Origin: Candidatus Latescibacterota bacterium
Lineage (GTDB): Bacteria > Latescibacterota > UBA2968 > UBA8231
Reading direction: 5' to 3'
Length of the DNA stretch: 64,000 nt
Assembly: GCA_965242865.1 (NCBI GenBank)
Contig: CBDETK010000013.1
Span: forward strand, 3,488,001-3,552,000
Part shown: piece after piece, positions 60,780-64,000 of the stretch
How positions within the stretch are numbered: the first letter of the stretch is position 1
How the letters are laid out: each line of letters begins with the position of its first letter
Position numbers and translations under genes: made by a program
The notes under the pieces: model-generated
Database searches by the model: none
What the model was told of the DNA's origin: nothing
The model's input: the letters and a program-made list of their open reading frames with translations, nothing else

Positions 60780-62762
60780 ATGCCCAACCAATCACTTGAT
60801 CTCAGGTTCGGGCCAGGAACCAGCACTGGCTTTACTCCCGCTGGAATCGCGGCCTTCACCGATCTCCGGCCCGCAGCCGTCGTTCGTGAGCTTATCCAGA
60901 ACGCCCTCGACGCGGCCCAAGAAGCGGACGAACAGAAAGCTGTCATACGTTTTCGGCTTACACAAAAGAAGAGATCCCAGATTCCTGGGATCCGGAGCTA
61001 CAACAGGGCTTTCCGCAATGCGATAAAAACCCATGAAAAAATGGGAGGCGGTAAACTGCCGAGCCAAGCCGAACTAGTCGTCAAAACGATCCGAGCCGCA
61101 CTAGACCAAAGTGTATTGGACGTTCTTTCGGTCCTCGACAACGGTATCGGCCTCAACAAGCGACGCATGACTGCCCTTCTCAGTGATGGCATTAGTGCCA
61201 AAGGCGGCAATGCAACAGGTACTTACGGTAACGGTCACTCGGTAGCGATCCCGGCATCCGACTTGCGCTATGTCCTGTACGGTGGAGTGATGGACAATGG
61301 ACACAGAATCGGTGCAGGTCACGCTGTGCTCGCGTCCCACAACGGAAAAGACAATAACAAAGAACATCCTTGCGCCGGAGATGGCTTCCTCGTTCTCGGA
61401 TTCCGAAACGACACAAATGGGAACCTGTACGACTACGCCAAAAGCTCTGACATTCCAAAGATAATAACGGACGACCTCAAAAACATACGCGGCACCTCTC
61501 GCCACGGTACCGCTGTTGTGATACCTGCTTTCAACCACTTCCGAGAAGAAAAAAAATCGCTCTGGGAAATGGTCGCACAAGCTGCTGCGTGCAATTTCTT
61601 TGAAGCGATTGAAAAGAGAAAGCTCGAGGTACAGGTCGAAGACCTGCGGCCGGAAAGCGATCACAGTCTCAATGTTCTAGACCACTCCACGCTTGCTAAG
61701 ACGCTGGAAGAATATCGAGAGAGGAGGAGAACAGGAGCATTCCTCAGCGGTCATAGGGCATTTGAAGCATATGAAGTATTGCGGATCGGAAAACACCACA
61801 GCATTCAGACCTCATATGGCAAAATTCGAGTCCACCTGTTCACTCAACGTTCAGGCAATACTCGTGTCGATCTGTGCCGCAATGGAATGTGGATCGCAGA
61901 CGATAAGGAGATTCCCGGCTTCTATTACAAATTCAGGGATCGTGTCCCCTTCCGCGCCGTGTTGCTCCTCAATTCGGATAGTGGAGGCGAACTACACAGG
62001 CTTGTCCGGGACGCTGAAGGTCCGCTGCACGATAGTATTCGTACCAAAGATCTCTCTAAGGAAGACAGGAAGAAACTTTATCAAGGCTTTGGCGAAATCC
62101 GCGATTGGCTCTTGAGAAATACCCAAGAGATCAGCGACGAATCTTATAGTCCCGACGACTTCCTTACTCTCGATTTTGGAGACGAGGGAGAAGGGCTAGG
62201 GGGGGCGAGCCGAAACTCTTTTTGGGGAACACCGATCGCTGTTGGACAGAGGGATCCAGATCGGGCGAAGCTCTCCATAAACACTGGCGAAGGAAACCCT
62301 CAGCCCGAATCGAACAATGGATCCGGCCAAGGTAACGCCACTCGTCCAAGAAAACGCCCGGTGCTCCGGTCCTTCTTACGGGCTGTCTCCGTTCCTGTAG
62401 GCGACAACCGCCGGCGCATCCAAATCGAGTGCGAGGAAGGCTGCGAGAACGCCGAATTGCGTCTCCGGGTCGACGAAAACATGGATGCCACTTGCGACAG
62501 CTTGCGACAGGATGAAATCGCCCCGGTCGTCCTAAACGAAGTCACGGTTGATGGACAGCGGCCCAATGAGGTCAGCCTCGTCAAAGAAAACGGACACATT
62601 GTGGGTGTACGCCTTGGAAATCTCTCTACCGGCTCTTCCATCCAAGTCGAGACAGACTACCGGCTTACCAAAGACTTTGAGTTATTGCCGGGAGCCGAAC
62701 CTTCGCTCCGGGTCGACATATTCGAGGCAATATCCGACACCTGCCCAGGAGCGGGAACATGA
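60780..62762 (+). CDS. GHKL (HATPase/MORC-like) ATPase, about 660 aa
   Basis: RELIQNALDA (N box), DNGIGL (G1), GTYGNG (G2), HGT; ATG 60780 lies 4 nt after the desulfurase stop. Confidence 0.8.
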   Translation: MPNQSLDLRFGPGTSTGFTPAGIAAFTDLRPAAVVRELIQNALDAAQEADEQKAVIRFRLTQKKRSQIPGIRSYNRAFRNAIKTHEKMGGGKLPSQAELVVKTIRAALDQSVLDVLSVLDNGIGLNKRRMTALLSDGISAKGGNATGTYGNGHSVAIPASDLRYVLYGGVMDNGHRIGAGHAVLASHNGKDNNKEHPCAGDGFLVLGFRNDTNGNLYDYAKSSDIPKIITDDLKNIRGTSRHGTAVVIPAFNHFREEKKSLWEMVAQAAACNFFEAIEKRKLEVQVEDLRPESDHSLNVLDHSTLAKTLEEYRERRRTGAFLSGHRAFEAYEVLRIGKHHSIQTSYGKIRVHLFTQRSGNTRVDLCRNGMWIADDKEIPGFYYKFRDRVPFRAVLLLNSDSGGELHRLVRDAEGPLHDSIRTKDLSKEDRKKLYQGFGEIRDWLLRNTQEISDESYSPDDFLTLDFGDEGEGLGGASRNSFWGTPIAVGQRDPDRAKLSINTGEGNPQPESNNGSGQGNATRPRKRPVLRSFLRAVSVPVGDNRRRIQIECEEGCENAELRLRVDENMDATCDSLRQDEIAPVVLNEVTVDGQRPNEVSLVKENGHIVGVRLGNLSTGSSIQVETDYRLTKDFELLPGAEPSLRVDIFEAISDTCPGAGT

Positions 62763-63613
62763 CCCAGATCACCACCGTCTCACAGGCACCCTCAAATGCG
62801 GTCCGATCCCACAGCCATCCAGTGCTGGAAGCCGGTAACCTATCGTTTCCCAACGGGCAGTATGTCGTGGATTTCAAGCCGGGCGAGGACCGTTCGTCGT
62901 TTACCCTTGAGCACCAGATCGAAGGTGCCGCACTGATTTCACGTTTACTGGCGGATAAACAGGCGCAATATGTCTGTATCGTCTCGTCGCCGATCTCGTC
63001 GTACCGTAGGACCCATATTTCCGATTTAGCTATGCACAAGGTGCGATGGGATACAGAGAACTTGGGAGAGTCCCCACTTTTCACGCCGATGATTTTATGC
63101 ACCGCCTCTTGCGAATTGACCATTAGCCAAAAGCGGGATGGCGTTCACAGCATTTGGGATGGCGCACACATCAATTTTAAGAAAGGCTCGCGACTCGCTC
63201 TAGGACCTGTAGTTCGATTACAATCATCCATAATCCAACTGCTCTCATTTCGTAAGGACGAGAATCTTAAGAACGGAACATTCTTCGTCGACGCCGAGAC
63301 GCAACCATTCCGATTTCTTGTAAATGTTAGTCCCGATCTTCACAGGTTCCTACACTTTGAAGGAGAACATCAAACCCGAAAAAATATCATGACGCACGTA
63401 GTAACGGCTTGCTTCGCCCTACTTCAAAGAGACTTTGCCGAAGACAATGAGGAAGAAGGATGGCGGACACACCGCAACCTTCTCGCTCTTGCCGATTTTC
63501 TCGAAAGTAAAGGCCTTCAGTGCTGGGATGCTCCAGAGTTCCGCCCGGAGGAGGTCGCCACGACACTCTACTCACATATCCTGCCCGTTGAAAACGAGGA
63601 GGATGAAGCATGA
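62759..63613 (+). CDS. Hypothetical protein, translationally coupled
   Basis: ATGA overlaps at both ends; 284 aa; N-terminal HPVL motif. Confidence 0.75.
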   Translation: MTQITTVSQAPSNAVRSHSHPVLEAGNLSFPNGQYVVDFKPGEDRSSFTLEHQIEGAALISRLLADKQAQYVCIVSSPISSYRRTHISDLAMHKVRWDTENLGESPLFTPMILCTASCELTISQKRDGVHSIWDGAHINFKKGSRLALGPVVRLQSSIIQLLSFRKDENLKNGTFFVDAETQPFRFLVNVSPDLHRFLHFEGEHQTRKNIMTHVVTACFALLQRDFAEDNEEEGWRTHRNLLALADFLESKGLQCWDAPEFRPEEVATTLYSHILPVENEEDEA

Positions 63614-64000
63614 ACTCCATCTCTCACAAGGAACTTAACGACGCCGAATACACACGGATGCGGAAAAGCTTACTTCGAACCAAGGGGGGGCAAATTCAGG
63701 TAGAGTTCCTCGCGGCTGTTCGCAATAATAACGATTTCCTTGAGTACATATCGGAAATACCCATAAAGGGTTCGGACGAAGTACCCCTCTCGCCGGATCC
63801 CATGACGGAAGACGAGTTCAAGGCCCCGCCTTCGGACACTGAAATCAGGTTGTACAGGGCGTGGTCCGCCCTCACACCCCGGATCGCATGCCGCTCAACC
63901 TTCTGGGCAAACCTTACCTGCCGACATATCGAGGCTCAGAAGATCGATTCCGTTTATCTTGCTGCCAATGGAAGCAACTTAGGCGGTGCGGAGCGAATAG
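63610..64000 (+). CDS. DUF6339-like protein, runs off the window edge
   Basis: Manual translation MNSISHKELND...LYRAWSALTPRIACRSTFWANLT; open to the window end. Family assignment is from recall of an L-TP..A....W..LT motif. Confidence 0.55.
   Translation, partial: MNSISHKELNDAEYTRMRKSLLRTKGGQIQVEFLAAVRNNNDFLEYISEIPIKGSDEVPLSPDPMTEDEFKAPPSDTEIRLYRAWSALTPRIACRSTFWANLTCRHIEAQKIDSVYLAANGSNLGGAERI

Overview
High-GC bacterial chromosome segment. Gene content (FlgD/NYPNPFN-tailed secreted protein, ankyrin remnants, AAA_35-type ATPase, GT-C glycosyltransferase) suggests a Latescibacterota/Gemmatimonadota-like, possibly sponge-associated organism (inference). Housekeeping genes (glnD, folD, serS, a 9-gene Mrp antiporter operon, gluconokinase, hflX, murA, tRNA-Phe) are interleaved with accessory regions: a decayed IS1595 element with a frameshifted P63C passenger, small pseudogenes, and a complete type I-C CRISPR-Cas locus (41 repeats, 40 spacers). 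Two things stand out. (1) Downstream of tRNA-Phe is a tightly coupled operon: PAPS-reductase/PP-loop Fe-S protein, cysteine desulfurase, GHKL ATPase, unknown protein and DUF6339-like protein. It looks like a sulfur-based DNA modification/defence system that is neither Dnd nor Ssp. (2) CRISPR repeat-derived elements sit at the translation starts of cas4 and cas1, the latter with a copy of the leader-repeat junction, suggesting Cas5d/Cascade control of the adaptation genes. Also noted: a possible ectopic spacer-integration scar, a spacer containing a CRISPR repeat end, an ankyrin-coding spacer, a bacterial OSGIN-like flavoprotein and a candidate structured RNA. All calls come from reading motifs by eye; no searches were run.
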